From assembly GCA_002633005.1 (NCBI GenBank), contig NMRA01000282.1, positions 333,748 to 397,747 on the forward strand: DNA of 64,000 bases. The letters run 5' to 3'. Below, one piece after another: positions 11,361 to 24,973 of this stretch (the first letter of the stretch is position 1; each line of letters starts with the position of its first letter). The translations under genes were made by a program, and so were the position numbers. This DNA comes from Phoronis australis (Eukaryota > Animalia > Phoronida). The notes beneath the pieces are model-generated. The model saw only the letters and a list, made by a program, of their open reading frames with translations, searched no databases and was not told the origin of the DNA.

Positions 11361-11542
11361 GCTTAATGTGCGGCATTTGCCAGAAGACGATCAAAAGTAC
11401 GCAGCGAAATAACATGTACCGCCACATAAAGGCCGAGCACTTAGGAATCCGGCACCAATGCCCCCTCTGTCCGGCAACGTTTAAGTGGCAGGATGCCATT
11501 AAATCGCACTTGAGAACTCACCACAATGTTGGGAAGTACTAA
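11361..11542 (+). CDS. ZnF alternative terminal exon 7
   Basis: ttgttgtttttag|gc; (G)LMCGICQKTIKSTQRNNMYRHIKAEHLGIRHQCPLCPATFKWQDAIKSHLRTHHNVGKY*. Confidence 0.9.
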
Positions 11543-12596
11543 ATCCTTGAGTTTTAACTCTGAGCACTAGGTGTCTCAGTGCTACACCCAAAGGGCTGTT
11601 TATTGTCCTGGTGTATATCACAAAGAAGAGGCGTGTCTGATTAACTCATGTCAATCAAAGAGCTGGAATATTAAAATGAAAGAAATAAGACTTAATGATT
11701 GGACATTTGTATATTTGATCTTGAATGGTTATTGGCTTATCTACGAAGAATTATTATAACAGCAAGGATAAACCAAAGGGTATAGTAATAATTGCCTGAA
11801 TGTTAATAGGTGGATTTTTGGAGTAATCTGTCCTAGAGGCAAATTCTGTTGCATTCATTGATCTTTTCAATGCCAGATATTTCTTCAACAAAGCGTCATT
11901 ATAATGAACTTTTTACATCAGTGTGTAAATCATAGGTAGCTTAGATTTAGGTTGTTTTTAGACTGACGGTGTTGTGCATAGGAGTGAATTCGAAGGATTG
12001 TATCTGAGCTATCACATATTCCTGGTACCACCTCAGAATGTTCCTTCCTATCACATTCTGTTTTCAGTGGTCAAGAATGAAAGTTTTGTGTTTTTGTTGA
12101 CATCACTTGGGATCTGTTTCTGGTGAAATGTGTGACTTTAGACTTAAGTTAGAACTTTGGTCAGCTATTTTTGAAATGTAATTAATTCTCACTTATAAAT
12201 AAACAACAGTGTAGTACATGTGACCATGACCATGTACAGGCAAAAACTGAAAGATGAAGATGAATCACATGTGTGTCTGTGCTGGCCATGGTTACAATCC
12301 CACTTCCATGTTTGTGATACTCAATAAGAAGTAGTCTGATGTTAGCAAACATACCGAGACGATAATAAAAGCTGTTAGCTGGTTGTGCTTTTCATCCCAT
12401 TGCAAGTTTGATGAAATTAGACGTTTAGTACACATATGGAAGAGTCCAATTTATGCCCTTAAAAAATTTTCTACCAACTCCTTTCATTGTTGTCTCCTAA
12501 GTCCTTCATTGTCTCAATTCTATAAAAAGCTGAAAGCTGCCAGAGGCTAACAGATACTGACAATTTCATAGTTGGTGATGTTTTTCCGTTTTGTAG

Positions 12597-12769
12597 GGTT
12601 TAGTTGTGGAATTTGTGGCAATACGCAGACAAAGAAAGGTAACCTATGGCGACACATCAGAGCGGAGCACTTTGGTGTTCGCGTCGAGTGCGCGCACTGC
12701 TCGGCCAAGTTCAAATGGTCCACTGATCTTCAGAGACACTTGAAGAGCTTCCACAACATGCTCTCTTAA
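12597..12769 (+). CDS. ZnF alternative terminal exon 8
   Basis: ttccgttttgtag|gg; (G)FSCGICGNTQTKKGNLWRHIRAEHFGVRVECAHCSAKFKWSTDLQRHLKSFHNMLS*. AATAAA at 12905. Confidence 0.9.
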
Positions 12770-13624
12770 CTGCATTGAGACGTGAAAAATAGATATCTAT
12801 GTTAGTGAATCGCGTTCTGTTAGTGCTGTACTCCATTTTCAGTTCTGGATTTCGAGATATTGAGGAAGTTGTCCTGTTTCAGTTCGTATGTTTGCCATTT
12901 TGGTAATAAAAGTTCGATGAAGTAGATGCTTAGGACTTTTCTTGCCAGACGGTTTGTGTCAGTCATTGTAATGCTTGATAACGGTTGATTGGTATACCTG
13001 TTGTCATGGTTACCGAAGTGAAACTCTGCCTACAAATAGACCACGGTCTACGATAATGTAGTTATTGGCATTTTTCTGAATAATTCAAATCACCATCGCA
13101 TGTAAACTTATTTTGAGTTCAATATTTACATAAAGACCCTTTCAGACCAACTCTGGTACTGGAAGAATGTTGAGGTAAAGTGCGAAGTTAGGCCAACTTC
13201 GACACCAGCTTTGGTACACCGTAATTAAATCTCTTGTTCAGGTAATCAAAATTATTGTCAGATGGCACTGGCAAAACATGTGATGATAGAATGGTGAATA
13301 TTTGAATAAAATATCAACTGATATATTGTGCAATTATTGGCATCGACACCTGCCAATATCTTTGATGCCTCTGATGTTAACGTTACACACTGCATTGAAT
13401 CCTCAAACCCATCGCACCACCAGATGACATTCACAATAGTTTTTCTGTTGTATAATTCTCATTTTCCGGATCGATTGCTCTCCCATGGCGTGAGGTACGA
13501 AATAGCGGAACACCTCAAGATACGACGGGCATGTCAGCAGCCTCGCTTTTGCTCCATTGAAGATTGACATATTAGCGTCTGTCGTCTGAACACTTTATAT
13601 TTTATTTTATATCATATTTAAGTC

Positions 13625-13760
13625 ATGATGGGAAAGTATTACTGCTTTGCTGCGGGTTGTAATGTCGATTCAAGGAAGTGGGATAAGCTAGATGAATATC
13701 CATAGATGCGTGATGTCGCATTTCACTCTTTCCTGATGGTTCTGAGAGACAAAAGACGGC
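13625..13760 (+). mobile_element. THAP-domain relic, probably from a DNA transposon
   Basis: MMGKYYCFAAGCNVDSRKWDKLDEYP*MRDVAFHSF resembles a THAP N-terminus (C-x4-C ... FH-x-FP). Short imperfect inverted repeats at ~13048 and ~14200-14217 may bound the element. Confidence 0.5.
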
Positions 13761-14297
13761 AAAACCCGTTGTGTACACCACTGTATAATCTCACGGCTGA
13801 GAAGTGCGGAGTACGGGAATTGCAAGACTATGGAATGTTCTTTAAATGGGTCTGAGTTCATAGCTGAGCTGAACAGATTTTGAAACTTTTCATCCTCATC
13901 GTCAAATATTGTTTTTTAAATGTGTTAATAATATCTTGTCTAGAGAACATGCCTACACGTAACAACCTGTGATTGTTGTAATCATACTCTTGGGACAGCA
14001 AAATAGTAAAATAATTGACCAAGATGACCTGGAACTCCTCGTCAGAATGGGTGAGCGCAAACAGATTTCCCAACATGACAGCTAAATGCAAGGACAATTC
14101 ACCATCAGCCTTATGGTTAAAATTGTGTGCAAGACACCTTTCATGGAAAGAACGATAAAACAAAATTTCACTTGTCGGTCATGGTGTGTCCTAAATTGAT
14201 GACATTTTACCGTAGACAAAATGATCTTAATGACCTGGCATGTCTGGCAATGACCCCGCATGTCTGGTATTGACCTTAATGGGGCGGCATGTCCTGT

Positions 14298-14366
14298 AAT
14301 GGCCTTAATGGTCCAATGGCCTTAATGGTCCAATGGCCTTAATGGTCCAATGGCCTTAATGGTCCG
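14298..14366. repeat. 17 bp tandem repeat (aatggccttaatggtcc) x4
   Basis: Direct observation. Confidence 0.9.
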
Positions 14367-14511
14367 GTATTTCATTGAATTTCAGGGTATGCTGTTTATT
14401 ACAATCATCGAAATATCTCCATGGACATAGTTGTGGTGGGGGAAGGTGACATAGCTCACACGTGATAGCTGCAACGTAACGATATTTAGATTTCCACTTG
14501 TTCGTTTCTAG

Positions 14512-14684
14512 GTTTTGCTTGCGGTCTTTGCGGTAATTGCTACGCAAGGAAAAAGCACCTGTGGCGCCACATGAGGGCACAACACTTGGGTATTCGCTAT
14601 GACTGCCCTCACTGTGAGCAGACCTTCAAGTGGAGTAGTGACGTAAAAGTTCACTTGAAAAAATTTCACAATATGACCAAATGA
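14512..14684 (+). CDS. ZnF alternative terminal exon 9
   Basis: ttgttcgtttctag|gt; (G)FACGLCGNCYARKKHLWRHMRAQHLGIRYDCPHCEQTFKWSSDVKVHLKKFHNMTK*. Not in the ORF track. Confidence 0.9.
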
Positions 14685-15814
14685 TGACGGATGTGACGTT
14701 TTCTGGAGTTGAAACGGTGGATGATACGAATTTTCAAATTCCACCAATGGGACATTGTGAAATTGTGAAATGAACATTTGTTGGTTGTGTCACATGGTGA
14801 AGCGAACATTAGCATAGTTGTCCACAAGATGGCGTGACCGTGTATGTGACACTATCATCTGTCTGGAGTTGAAACCGTCTGAGCAAACTGTCTGATGAGA
14901 TTTTATCACTGAATTGTGGATTATCTTTTTAAAAGTTTTAATGTTATCCACGTTATATTGACATTTGGTTTGTGTTCTGAGGCATTTGCCACTCCAGCTA
15001 ACTTTTAAGTTGTCAGAGTAATGCTGAAAATAATGTCAGTACTATGTTGAATTATGAACAAAAAGTATATGAAAAGAACCAATGTGGGTAAATTTCCTAG
15101 GTATGGCAAGTGGTGTTGTGTGATGTATCAGTTGCTGTATGTAGATGGTATTTCGTTTTAAATAAATGTTGGCTGAAGTTGGAGTATTGTAATTGAGTTT
15201 AATTTTACAGCTTCTGTCTCCTGTAGGTGTTGTGTAATGTCAGAAATGTGTAAAGCAAAAGATGTTTACAATTTTCATAACTGACCCAGGACTGCCTAAG
15301 CTATGTAGGTATAGGTTTTTGTGCTGATGAACATGGTAGTGAGTGGTAGGAAATTGGTGGAAAGGGGAAGGTGGAATAGGGGTTCATGGCAGTTTTGGAA
15401 GAGCGAACTTCTGTCATGATCCATGGAGTATGACCATGAGTCTATAATGTGCGTTTACAGAGGTAGGGCCCTCTTCAACCCCTGTTAAAGAGTCGTTATT
15501 CTCACCTGATTATTTACCGTAAAATCTCACTAATATAGGATACAATATGGCGGATAAAAGAAATTATTATATTTTTCACTTTTTCAATGAAAGATAGCAT
15601 TAATGTAAATTCTTTTGCATATACAAGGTCTCTACCATAGCAACTGTCAGACAATATTTTGAGAAAATGTTGGCATTCGCAACAATGTGAAGCCCTTGAG
15701 AAATTAATGAAGCCAGTTTTGGTAATTATGTTTGTCTGAAATTGGTGAGATTTTATTGTACTATGCAAGTGCCCGAAGTAAGACTTGCATTCATTTCCGA
15801 TTGTTCGTTTCTAG

Positions 15815-15990
15815 GTTTCATCTGTGGGTTTTGTGGCTATTGTTTCACACAGAAACAGAGTGTCCATCGCCATATGAGGGGCCAACACCTAGGTATTCGC
15901 TATGACTGCCCGCTCTGCGACCAAACATTCAAGTGGAAAACTGATTTGAAAACGCACTTTTTAAAATTCCACAACATGACTTATGGCTGA
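15815..15990 (+). CDS. ZnF alternative terminal exon 10
   Basis: ttgttcgtttctag|gt; (G)FICGFCGYCFTQKQSVHRHMRGQHLGIRYDCPLCDQTFKWKTDLKTHFLKFHNMTYG*. Paralog of exon 9. Confidence 0.9.
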
Positions 15991-16137
15991 AAGGAAAATT
16001 TTCAGGAGTTGAAACGGTGAATGAAACGGTGTGCTAGTGGTGATCTTCTAACCTGAAAATTTCTGTCTCTAGTTGAAGTTTGAAGTAACAAGTTCCCTAA
16101 CATGACCACATCTTGAATGCAACTTTTCTGTCTGGAA

Positions 16138-16285
16138 TTAAAGGGACATCATAGGATTGATGACTGATAAGTGCATGTTGGGGCTTGTCGCATGGGATGG
16201 ACATTTTTGATTTGTTAGCTTTGACCAGAGCTGTAAAACCACAAAATCCTTTCGTTTTTTGTGATTTTGTTACAAATCGCCATTT
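16138..16285. repeat. Interspersed MITE-like repeat starting TTAAAGGGAC
   Basis: Similar copies at ~32613-32760 (same strand) and ~43655-43797 (opposite strand); shared tgaccagagct.taaaac.acaaaa...tttttgtg.tttt.ttacaaatc. Confidence 0.6.
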
Positions 16286-17602
16286 CTCACCATTGTCTGG
16301 CAGACACTAGCTGAAATCAAGGCCAGTGCCTTACTGTTAAAATACACGTCAAGTAATTTCTATTATATATGGCTCAGCGTAGAGTGTTTGGCTGCTGTAG
16401 CAGAGCCAGTGTTAATCTCTAGAAAAATTACTTTTCTCTCTGATAATGTCCCTTACAGTCGAGGTTGAAGCAGGCATTCAATTTCTTCAAATTTGGTATG
16501 TAAAGTAAAGCTGGCGCAGCGCCATCTTGTGCTCCGCAGTAATTGTTTTGGTGCATGCTTTGGGCAGAACCTTTAGTTTTGGTTCTTGAATACTGCGAGC
16601 TGGCGTACCTTGTTGTACCCATTTACAAAATGACTGCAAAAATGCTGCAAGATGTGACTACTTTCAACATTCCTCTGGCTGCATTGGATTTTTGTCAACA
16701 AAAAGCTTTGGCGTTTATGAAGACTAATTCAACGCTTCTTGGGCCAATCCGACTGTGCAAACTAGACTAAATCTAGCTAGTCCCAACAAGTCTTGCTATG
16801 GAAGCAATTGATGAACTCCTGGGACCTGTTTCATGGAATGTGGCTTAGGTTGGAGATTGGCTCCACCCAATTATTTGAGAAAAATAACCTTATCTCACTT
16901 GAGCAATATACAAAATTCCTGAAGGTACATACAACTGCTAGTCTGAAATAATTTCTGTCACATTTCTGAACTGTTCTAGGCTTGTAATNNNNNNNNNNNG
17001 GGGGGGGGGGGGGGTGCAGTTGTGAACAGGGGGATGGGCATAAGACTAAATCTCTGTCTAATTGTTAAATCGTGGAACAGTCCCCTGTTCCATACTTTTG
17101 TCATATGCACTGGCAGCATTAGATTCTGGCCCAAAGCATGAAGTAAAAATTGATTTTCAAAATGGCACTGCATGGGGCTTAAATTCACTTGGGTATTGTT
17201 GTGCTGTAGAAATGCTATAGGCAGTTAAACATTAACACAGTAGATTATTAGTCTTTGCAGTGATACTAAACAGTGAAGTGTGATTAATTTGTGTGGGCTA
17301 ACTTGCTGATTGCTGATGGGTTAAGTTTGTTACTCTTTTTCTGTTCTGTTAGGCATTGTCATTTTCATGCTATGGTAATTTTGAGAGTGTTGGACTGTGT
17401 TGTTTGCGAAATGATTGCTAATTGTCAGAGCAGTGGGTAAACACCATATTTTTGAACTTATGTCATCAGGAACTAGAAAATTTTCAAGGCATACAGTATC
17501 TGGCTGGTGGTTGTATCCATTTTGCTTTCTTTATTGTTAGTAAGATAGTAGCTGTGTTTCCTCGTTGGGACGTTCTACTCACAGGTGTCTCTGCTCTTTT
17601 AG

Positions 17603-17808
17603 GTCGATTTATCTGCGGCATATGTGGGAAGTCGGCCACTCAGAGAACAAGCTGTTACCGTCACATAAAGGCGGAACACTTGGGCGTTCGTCACCAATGT
17701 CCGATGTGCGAAAAAACTTTCAAATGGAAAGACCAAATAAAATATCATCTCATCTCTTTTCACAAATATGTTACTAAAAAAACGGATATAAATCCATCTA
17801 CCTTGTGA
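17603..17808 (+). CDS. ZnF alternative terminal exon 11
   Basis: ctctgctcttttag|gt; (G)RFICGICGKSATQRTSCYRHIKAEHLGVRHQCPMCEKTFKWKDQIKYHLISFHKYVTKKTDINPSTL*. AATAAA at ~17866. Confidence 0.9.
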
Positions 17809-18489
17809 CTGAGTCATTGTAACTTGTGTGCAGTTTAGTATAGTTCATAGTTCGTCATATATTATAATAAAAGAAGTATTTATGTCATAAGAACTCACAT
17901 TTGATAGATTTTTGGCTTTTGATGCAAATTCACCACAGCCTGTCAAGATTGAAACTGTTGTACAAGCTTGGACCTTAACACAATATTGCTTCCCGAACTC
18001 AGTTTGTCATCACAGGCATTCTGTTTAGTACCTTTAGTGTACAACCGTGACAAACTGAAGAATACAAAAGCTGTTGCTTCAAAATTCAAGATATGGCGGA
18101 CAAGTGAAATTTTTTTTCTCATTTTTTTAAAGGACCTGTAGCACCAAAATAATGTTTTGCCGTGGTCAAGCTATGCACCGTAGCTATAAGCCAAAAGAAT
18201 ATGGCAAATGGCTCATTGTTCCCCGTAATGATGACTGAGCGAAAGCAGAATTCTCCACTATGATTGGTTGATTGTAAAGCATGATTGACAGGCATAGTAA
18301 CCTTCTGTCAATAGAGTTGACCTCAGAAAACCAATTCTATTGCTGATTGTGTCTTTGTAAGGCGTTCAGCTAGTTAGTTATGCTTAATCAGTTGACAGCC
18401 AGGGATTACAACCATCCCCCTCTGTGGACAGTGTTGCTAAATCAGTTGAAATCCAGGTACTACAACTATCCCCTTCTGTGGACAGACGT

Positions 18490-18730
18490 CTTCAGGGAAA
18501 CCTCTACTTAGTGGGTGTTACAGGCACAGGGTCAAAGGAAAACGTCACTCGGGCTTGTGCTGTGTGTGTGAACCTACACTGCAGAATCGTCCGATGCAAG
18601 TAGGTGGGAAGAGCTGGGAAGGAATCGTCTTACCAGTTTAGCTTCTGTGGAAAAGCATTTTGCATTTTGCCTTGCTTCGGGTTGTATTGTCGTGATAAGA
18701 ATTAAGAAGTGTTTTTTCATGAAGAACAAT
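18490..18730 (+). mobile_element. Second, more decayed piggyBac CRD fragment
   Basis: acagggtcaaaggaaaacgtcactcgggcttgtgctgtgtgtg...ggaatcgtcttaccag aligns by eye with 10225-10345. Confidence 0.65.
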
Positions 18731-18837
18731 GTGCCAAGGATGTAACTGATAAACTGCATTTTGACTCCCCTGATCATGCATGAAAGTACGTGTGAGCATC
18801 ACAAGTACGTGTAGACACCAGTTATGTTATGTAGTTA

Positions 18838-18932
18838 ACCCGCCCCTTCTGCCAAACAATGCTTGACTTGGACCCGCCCCTTCTGCCAAAGGCTTGATTA
18901 GGACCCGCCTCTTCTGCCAAACAAGGCTTGAT
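18838..18932. repeat. About 33 bp tandem repeat (acccgccccttctgccaaacaatgcttga) x3
   Basis: Direct observation. Confidence 0.85.
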
Positions 18933-20030
18933 TTTGGATCTGACTTCTTGTTATAAGATCGGTCTCATCCTGCTGCTTGATTCGAAAGAGTTGCCATGTT
19001 TAAGAAGAACTCTCAGGCCGTTTTTATCTCTGACTAGGTCCTAGTCACCAGGTGGCATGACTGTTTCATCTACGTGTGGGATCACCTAGAACTGCCAATC
19101 TGTAGTATTCTTCTGGGTTGATTCCAAGGGCATTTAAATTGGGTGTGGGTGTTAAGTCCAGCATGGCTGCTTGAATATGAAATTCTTGAGAAGTCCAGGA
19201 TGTGGGTTTAGCTGAACGGTGGATTCTCTTTCAAAAATCCCTTTACCATTTATTGCTCGCAAAGAAGATTTTGTTAGAACGCACTTAAATCAAAACAATT
19301 TGATAAGTCTGGGATGGGGGCTCTCTCGACTGTTGGATTCTGTTGCAGAAACGATTTCACCATTTTTTGCACAAATAGGATTACGTACATGAAAATGCGC
19401 TTGAGGCAAAACAAAACAATGAAGAAATTGGAAGTAGTTTTAAAAGTGAATTTAGATGGCTAACATTTGTTGTTAGAGGGTAAATAACAGATCTGAGAAA
19501 CTATTCCAAGTGTATTGACTGTAAGAATGTACAATATAAAATCACCTGCAGTTTAGGTTTTCAAAAATTCACATTCAAAACAAAAATGACACTATGCTAT
19601 CATTATAAACAATTGAGTTGCATTTTGGGGCATTAGTGAAGATTTTTAGGCATGGGATTCAAAAATTATACTTGTATAGCTTGAAGGTGACATTTAATAT
19701 GTGAAATGTCAGATGAATATGACAATTGTTCTCCGTCAGGGTTTACAAATTTTCTTTTTGAAAAGAGTTTCGGGCATTATAGTTGATTATTTATCAAATA
19801 TCTTCATTTTTGTGGCTTCTTTCAGTTTTCTCTAGTTTGATGTGACTTACTACTCTGTTTTACTCCACGTGGATCTGTAGTGATCAGTTTTGTGTGGCCC
19901 GTATCTCTGTCAGTTTTGTGGGATTCGGTTCCGTCTCAGTTCTGTGTGACCTTACTTATCTCTATCAGTTTTGCTTGACCCGGATCTCTCTATCAGTTTT
20001 GTGTGACCCGGATTTCTCCCTCTGTTGTAG

Positions 20031-20212
20031 GCTTTGGCTGTACTCATTGCAACAAGTCATTTACACGATTATCTTCTCTTGACCGCCACATGAAGGAGTG
20101 CCATCTGGGTATCCGTCATGAGTGTCCGGCCTGCGAAAAAAGTTATGCCAGAAGAGACATGTTGCATGCTCACGTGAAATCCGCCCATCAGCGGATAACC
20201 AGTTATTTTTAG
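20031..20212 (+). CDS. ZnF alternative terminal exon 12 (divergent)
   Basis: ctccctctgttgtag|gc; (G)FGCTHCNKSFTRLSSLDRHMKECHLGIRHECPACEKSYARRDMLHAHVKSAHQRITSYF*. Confidence 0.9.
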
Positions 20213-22390
20213 GCCTATAATAGGAAACCGACTATACTATGTAATTCATGTTGTGTGTGGGTCTTGCGTAACTGCTGGGACTCTTTCTAATGATCTTATC
20301 CGATTATTGCGGGTAGCTGTCATTATGCATGAATTATAAGTTATCAAGTATCTTTGACCTGAGAGATTATTTTTGTACAGTTTGATATTCCGCAATAGTA
20401 AAACAGCCTTGTATGATGTATTTCAAAATCTGACTAGGTTGTTGGTGTTTGTTGCTAGGTTTAAGTTTCAATATGTTACGGTGTAACGTAGCTTTTGTAG
20501 TAATGTTGCACTGCGGTTAGTCTGGAGACGGTTTTACTTTTTTGTTGTTGCCAAATAAAAAATGTATATAAATGCTAATGGTTATCTTTTCAGTAACATA
20601 ATTTGGGCACTAAGCTTGATGGATAATATTAAATACTCTGTATGTGGTCGCAAAAATCGTTTAGCCCGCACGATTGAATGTGAGCATGAGTTGCGGCTTC
20701 AAAATTTTGTTTCTTCGTTAGTTGCTCGGTTCACGTGTAACATTCAAGAATGTGTTTTTGGTGTTTACAAAGTTACGATATTAATACTTCACACTGCCTC
20801 TATACTTACTCAAACAAACTACTTGAGTCTAGGGTATTTCGGAAAGGTACGTAGAATTTGCTTTACAACATTAAAGTTCTGAGTATATAACAAAACTAAC
20901 TACAATGTACTTACACCAATTTGCGGCATAAATCGTGACGGCAAAACTGTAAGTAGACTTGTCGGTAAAGATGTTGGAGTAAGAATGAGTCAAGTTGGCG
21001 TGTTACAACTTCAAACCGTAGTCTTGTCTAACAGTCTCACATATGCGAAATACTATTGAATAATATAGTCATATGGGAAAAGAGATGTGGTAGACGGCAC
21101 ATCACAAACACAACAACCACTAACAGATGGCAAATAAAATGAAACTATTCTAGATTGACTAACAGATTGCATTGGCCCTTACACTGTATTTCGCACTTGT
21201 TCAAACGGAGAAGCAGCGTTTTAGACAACAATTGACCTGGAGAAATTTGCTGTGCATGCTTGTGAAAGATATTGAATAAAGAACCTAAGTGGAATTGTGG
21301 AAGTTTCACTAAATAGTAGATTTTTGATTATTTTCTTTCATTGGTTGTGCATGATAAAAAGTCTGAAAACGAATAACAGACACGAAACGCTAACCGACTT
21401 GTTCTGTTGGTGATCGTTTTTAATTTATTCTTACATTGCAATTATAGGGACATTAACCCTATGCCTTCTCGAGAAGCAACATTTGATTTAGGCCACTTTC
21501 GGTACTTGTCGGGAGCTTAGTTGCAGTTGACAGGGTAGTATGGAGTAATACGGGCCTGGAATTTTCCTCTCTTAAGATGATTTTCTCTTTTGGTTTCGAT
21601 TTTCTCTTTTTGTGGTTTGGATTTCATCATATTTGATTTCCGGTTTCCTCTTCTCATCACTTTTTTGCAGTTAGATTTTACAACAAAAACTCCTACTATC
21701 ACGTGAGTCTTTTGTGGAACGATACACCACGTGGAAATTTTTCCTCTTGTCATGGGTCATTCCAAGCCCTTATAATGACGGAATAAGCAAATACACTTGT
21801 GAAGAAAGTTGGTGCTTCTAGTACCAGGTCCTGGTTCATATTGCGGATTCCTGTCTTCTATGCTGGGACCTTTAGAGTATTTTTTAGTAGTTTATTCTCA
21901 TCTGTCTACAAGTAGCTCACGTATCTCTTTGACTGGCCTGTTGAACGGAGGAATTCTGAAATAATTTTGATGCGAGACTACACGCAATCTTGGGGTCCCA
22001 GAATTCTTTGAGTTCTGAATACAAACCAAGTGTGATATGCTTTTCATGCCAAGAATTCTGGACATTGTGTGAGAAAAACTCAAAGTGTTAACTTGTTGTT
22101 TTGGAAGTTGCATTATTTTCGCCGACAATGCAAAATCAAGAAATGTAATTAGGCTCGCTGTTCAAAAACAAATAGCTCGTAACATTATAGGTAGAACTCG
22201 ATGTGTGCATATGGTATACGATGTTACTGAGAGATAGTCATTCGTCCTTGCTCTGTGGATCCTGTAACGCGTGATAACAACAGGAAAGGGATTTATGAAC
22301 TTGTTGCCAACATGATAGTCACAGTCATAGGCTTAGAAGGACCCCTAATACCTTACAATCCAGGCTCTCACACACCTCTTATTATTACAG

Positions 22391-22563
22391 GCTTTCTGTG
22401 TAGACTGTGTGGGAAGACCGCAAATCTGAAGAGAAATTTGTATCGGCACTTAAAAGCTGAGCACTTGGGCATTTGGCACAAATGTCCCGTCTGTCCAATG
22501 GAGTTCAAATGGAAGGATTCCATCCGTTGCCACCTCAGGAAATTCCATGGACACCAGTTCTGA
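22391..22563 (+). CDS. ZnF alternative terminal exon 13
   Basis: ctcttattattacag|gc; (G)FLCRLCGKTANLKRNLYRHLKAEHLGIWHKCPVCPMEFKWKDSIRCHLRKFHGHQF*. Confidence 0.9.
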
Positions 22564-23269
22564 TTCATGAGGATTTAAAAATTATCTGTGTTTGGTTCAA
22601 CATTCTCATCAGTTACTATGAGTCAGCTCTGTTGAATTCTAGAGATGTAGATATTAGATGAAGCTGATTTCTTTTATACTGGTTCTGAGCTTATGTCCTG
22701 TTTTATGAGATTTTGTAATCATTTCACTTGCTTAAGCTTGCAGGATGGTTATGGTGAAATCAAGTTATTTTAATCCAGGTCATTGAAATCCGTGGGTGGG
22801 GTATTGGAAATTTGCCCTCATTTAGCTTTTTCATCTAATTTTGGTTTGTTAACAACTTTAGCTCTCCTTCACTCTGAAGTGTGTTCAGTTTCCTGTTGTG
22901 ATGTAAACAAATTTACAAGAGTTTATGCGAGCACCTACAATTCTTTTTTAAACATTCGAGCTCCAGAAATGTGGGAGGAATACTCAGTAAAATGATGTCA
23001 AAATTGTCTACGCTCAAAATGTGTTATGATAAAGAACTCGCACAACTACATAATGAAACCTTTACAAGTCTACATATCTCTAAAAATAGGAACCATCAAA
23101 ACACAAAATCGAAACAAACTTAGTGTGAATATTTTGTGGGCATCAGGAATATAACCCGGGGTTTTAGAATTGCTGAATCATAAAATGGCTATTGGTTATA
23201 CACGGAGGTGATACTGCACAACAAAAGCATCTCCGTGGGAACTAGCTTACAGGGCCTCTCTCCATGCAG

Positions 23270-23420
23270 GCTTTCACTGTAGACTGTGGAGAAAGACAGC
23301 CAATGTGTCTATTGACACTTGAAAGCTGAGCACTCAGGCATTGGCACAAGTGTCCTGCCTGTCTGATGGAGTTCAATAGGAAAGCTAAATCTATCCTGTT
23401 ATCTCAAGAATTTTTCAGGG
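23270..23420 (+). pseudogene. Decayed ZnF alternative exon (paralog of exons 13-15)
   Basis: ctccatgcag|gc then GFHCRLWRKTAN, a deletion/frameshift, then HLKAEHSGIWHKCPACLMEF. Confidence 0.8.
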
Positions 23421-24479
23421 ATATTAGTCCTGTGTTGATGAATCGTACATCTCTTGTGATTAGTGATCTCCAAACTTCAAGTGCAGAGAACAATCTGGTC
23501 TTTTTTCAGCTTTCCTGTAATTGCTTTGTCCAAAATCACACATTTTGATTTATGTAATTATCTACCTGTAGTGTTAGTTGGAAGTAAAGACACCACTGTA
23601 GTGTAACAGTGTATTCACTGATGCTGATATATTGTTTCCAATATGACCAACATGAATCTACAATACATAATCAATAGTTAACTCAAGCCTAATAATAGTG
23701 TAATACAACTTATAATTTCTCATTAAATACATATTCGTGTATGATAATTGCAATGACAATCACTTTTACTAACCAGTATAATAGTACAAAATATTCAAAA
23801 TTATGTGATACTGTAAACTACAGTCCGTACAAAGTTAACCAATTTCAAAACTAACATTCCATATGAAACACAGCTATGGCCCCCTGTGGTTTCCGCACAA
23901 GTATTGTCATCCTTTATTGAAACTTTAATTTCATAGAAATATCTTTTCTACTTAATGTTCTTTGTTTCCCTTCTTACGTCTAGTTAAAGACGGAGCTATC
24001 TCACAACTGAATAGTTTGGCAGATCAGCGATATCTAAAGGAATTATCTAAATTTGTCTGTAAAGTGGTTTGCATAAGTACAGGAAATGTTTGTATAAATT
24101 GAACCAGGAGATGAACTCAGACTTTTTAAGGTTAACTTTATAGTGATACAGAAACCAAACAACTTACAAAGATTCAAGATGATAATTGACTACTTTAATT
24201 GCAATTGTAATATTTCAGGTCAATTGAAACTCCTGGTATAGATTGCCCTCTATATACGAACATTCAACCTTGGGTTCTGGGAACAGGTGGCAGAATGGTT
24301 AAACCATTTGACATCAATAAACAAAACCTAGAGCATTGTCATTAGGATGCTACACTAGCAGGCATGAAAGAGTTATTGTTAAAGTCAGTGCTAATGCTCT
24401 AATTGATCTTCCCCACACCAAAGGAACCAGCCTTTGATTATCTGGGTGTCAACTCTTGTACTTGTGTGTAGACAAAGTA

Positions 24480-24760
24480 TATGGTTCTTAGGGTGTCTGT
24501 TCGATTTTGGAAGTAAGGAGACTGTTATTGAGGGTTTCCTTGGACACCAGTTCAGAGTGTCCACAAATATTCTGTCTGTCCATGGAGTTGAAGGCATCAT
24601 CCTTGTCATGGAAATAAGCTGGAATTTTGATGTCCCACCTGTCCAATGGAAACTGAATGGATTGTGTCTGTCTGTCAACAGTACTCTAGTGTTGATAAAT
24701 TCCCCAAAGCTGAGGCATTGCACATGCTTGGTGAAACGTTTCCATGGACGCAACAGTAAA
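24480..24760 (+). pseudogene. Heavily decayed fragments of ZnF exons (second-finger halves)
   Basis: tttccttggacaccagttcaga and cacaaatattctgtctgtccatggagtt resemble 22478-22563; also tgtcccacctgtccaatgga and tttccatggacgcaacagtaa. Confidence 0.5.
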
Positions 24761-24973
24761 ATTACATGTCTACGGTAATTTTTCTGAGAAAAGCAATTGT
24801 GACCTATAAAAATCATGTCCTGGAAACTTGGTGGCTGAGTAATGGCAAATAACTGAAATGAACCAGAGAACCATGCATTGACGTTGTGTAATTAACTATG
24901 AATTTTTCACTGAAATTTGCCAGTAGTGTGTGCGGGTATGCCAACAACCTCAAATTACCTCTTGCTGTTGCAG

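Noticed and set aside
16989-17015. N-run plus poly-G (also 25621-25631 and ~27545-27561)
   Set aside because: Assembly gap or homopolymer artefact. The gap could hide additional exons.
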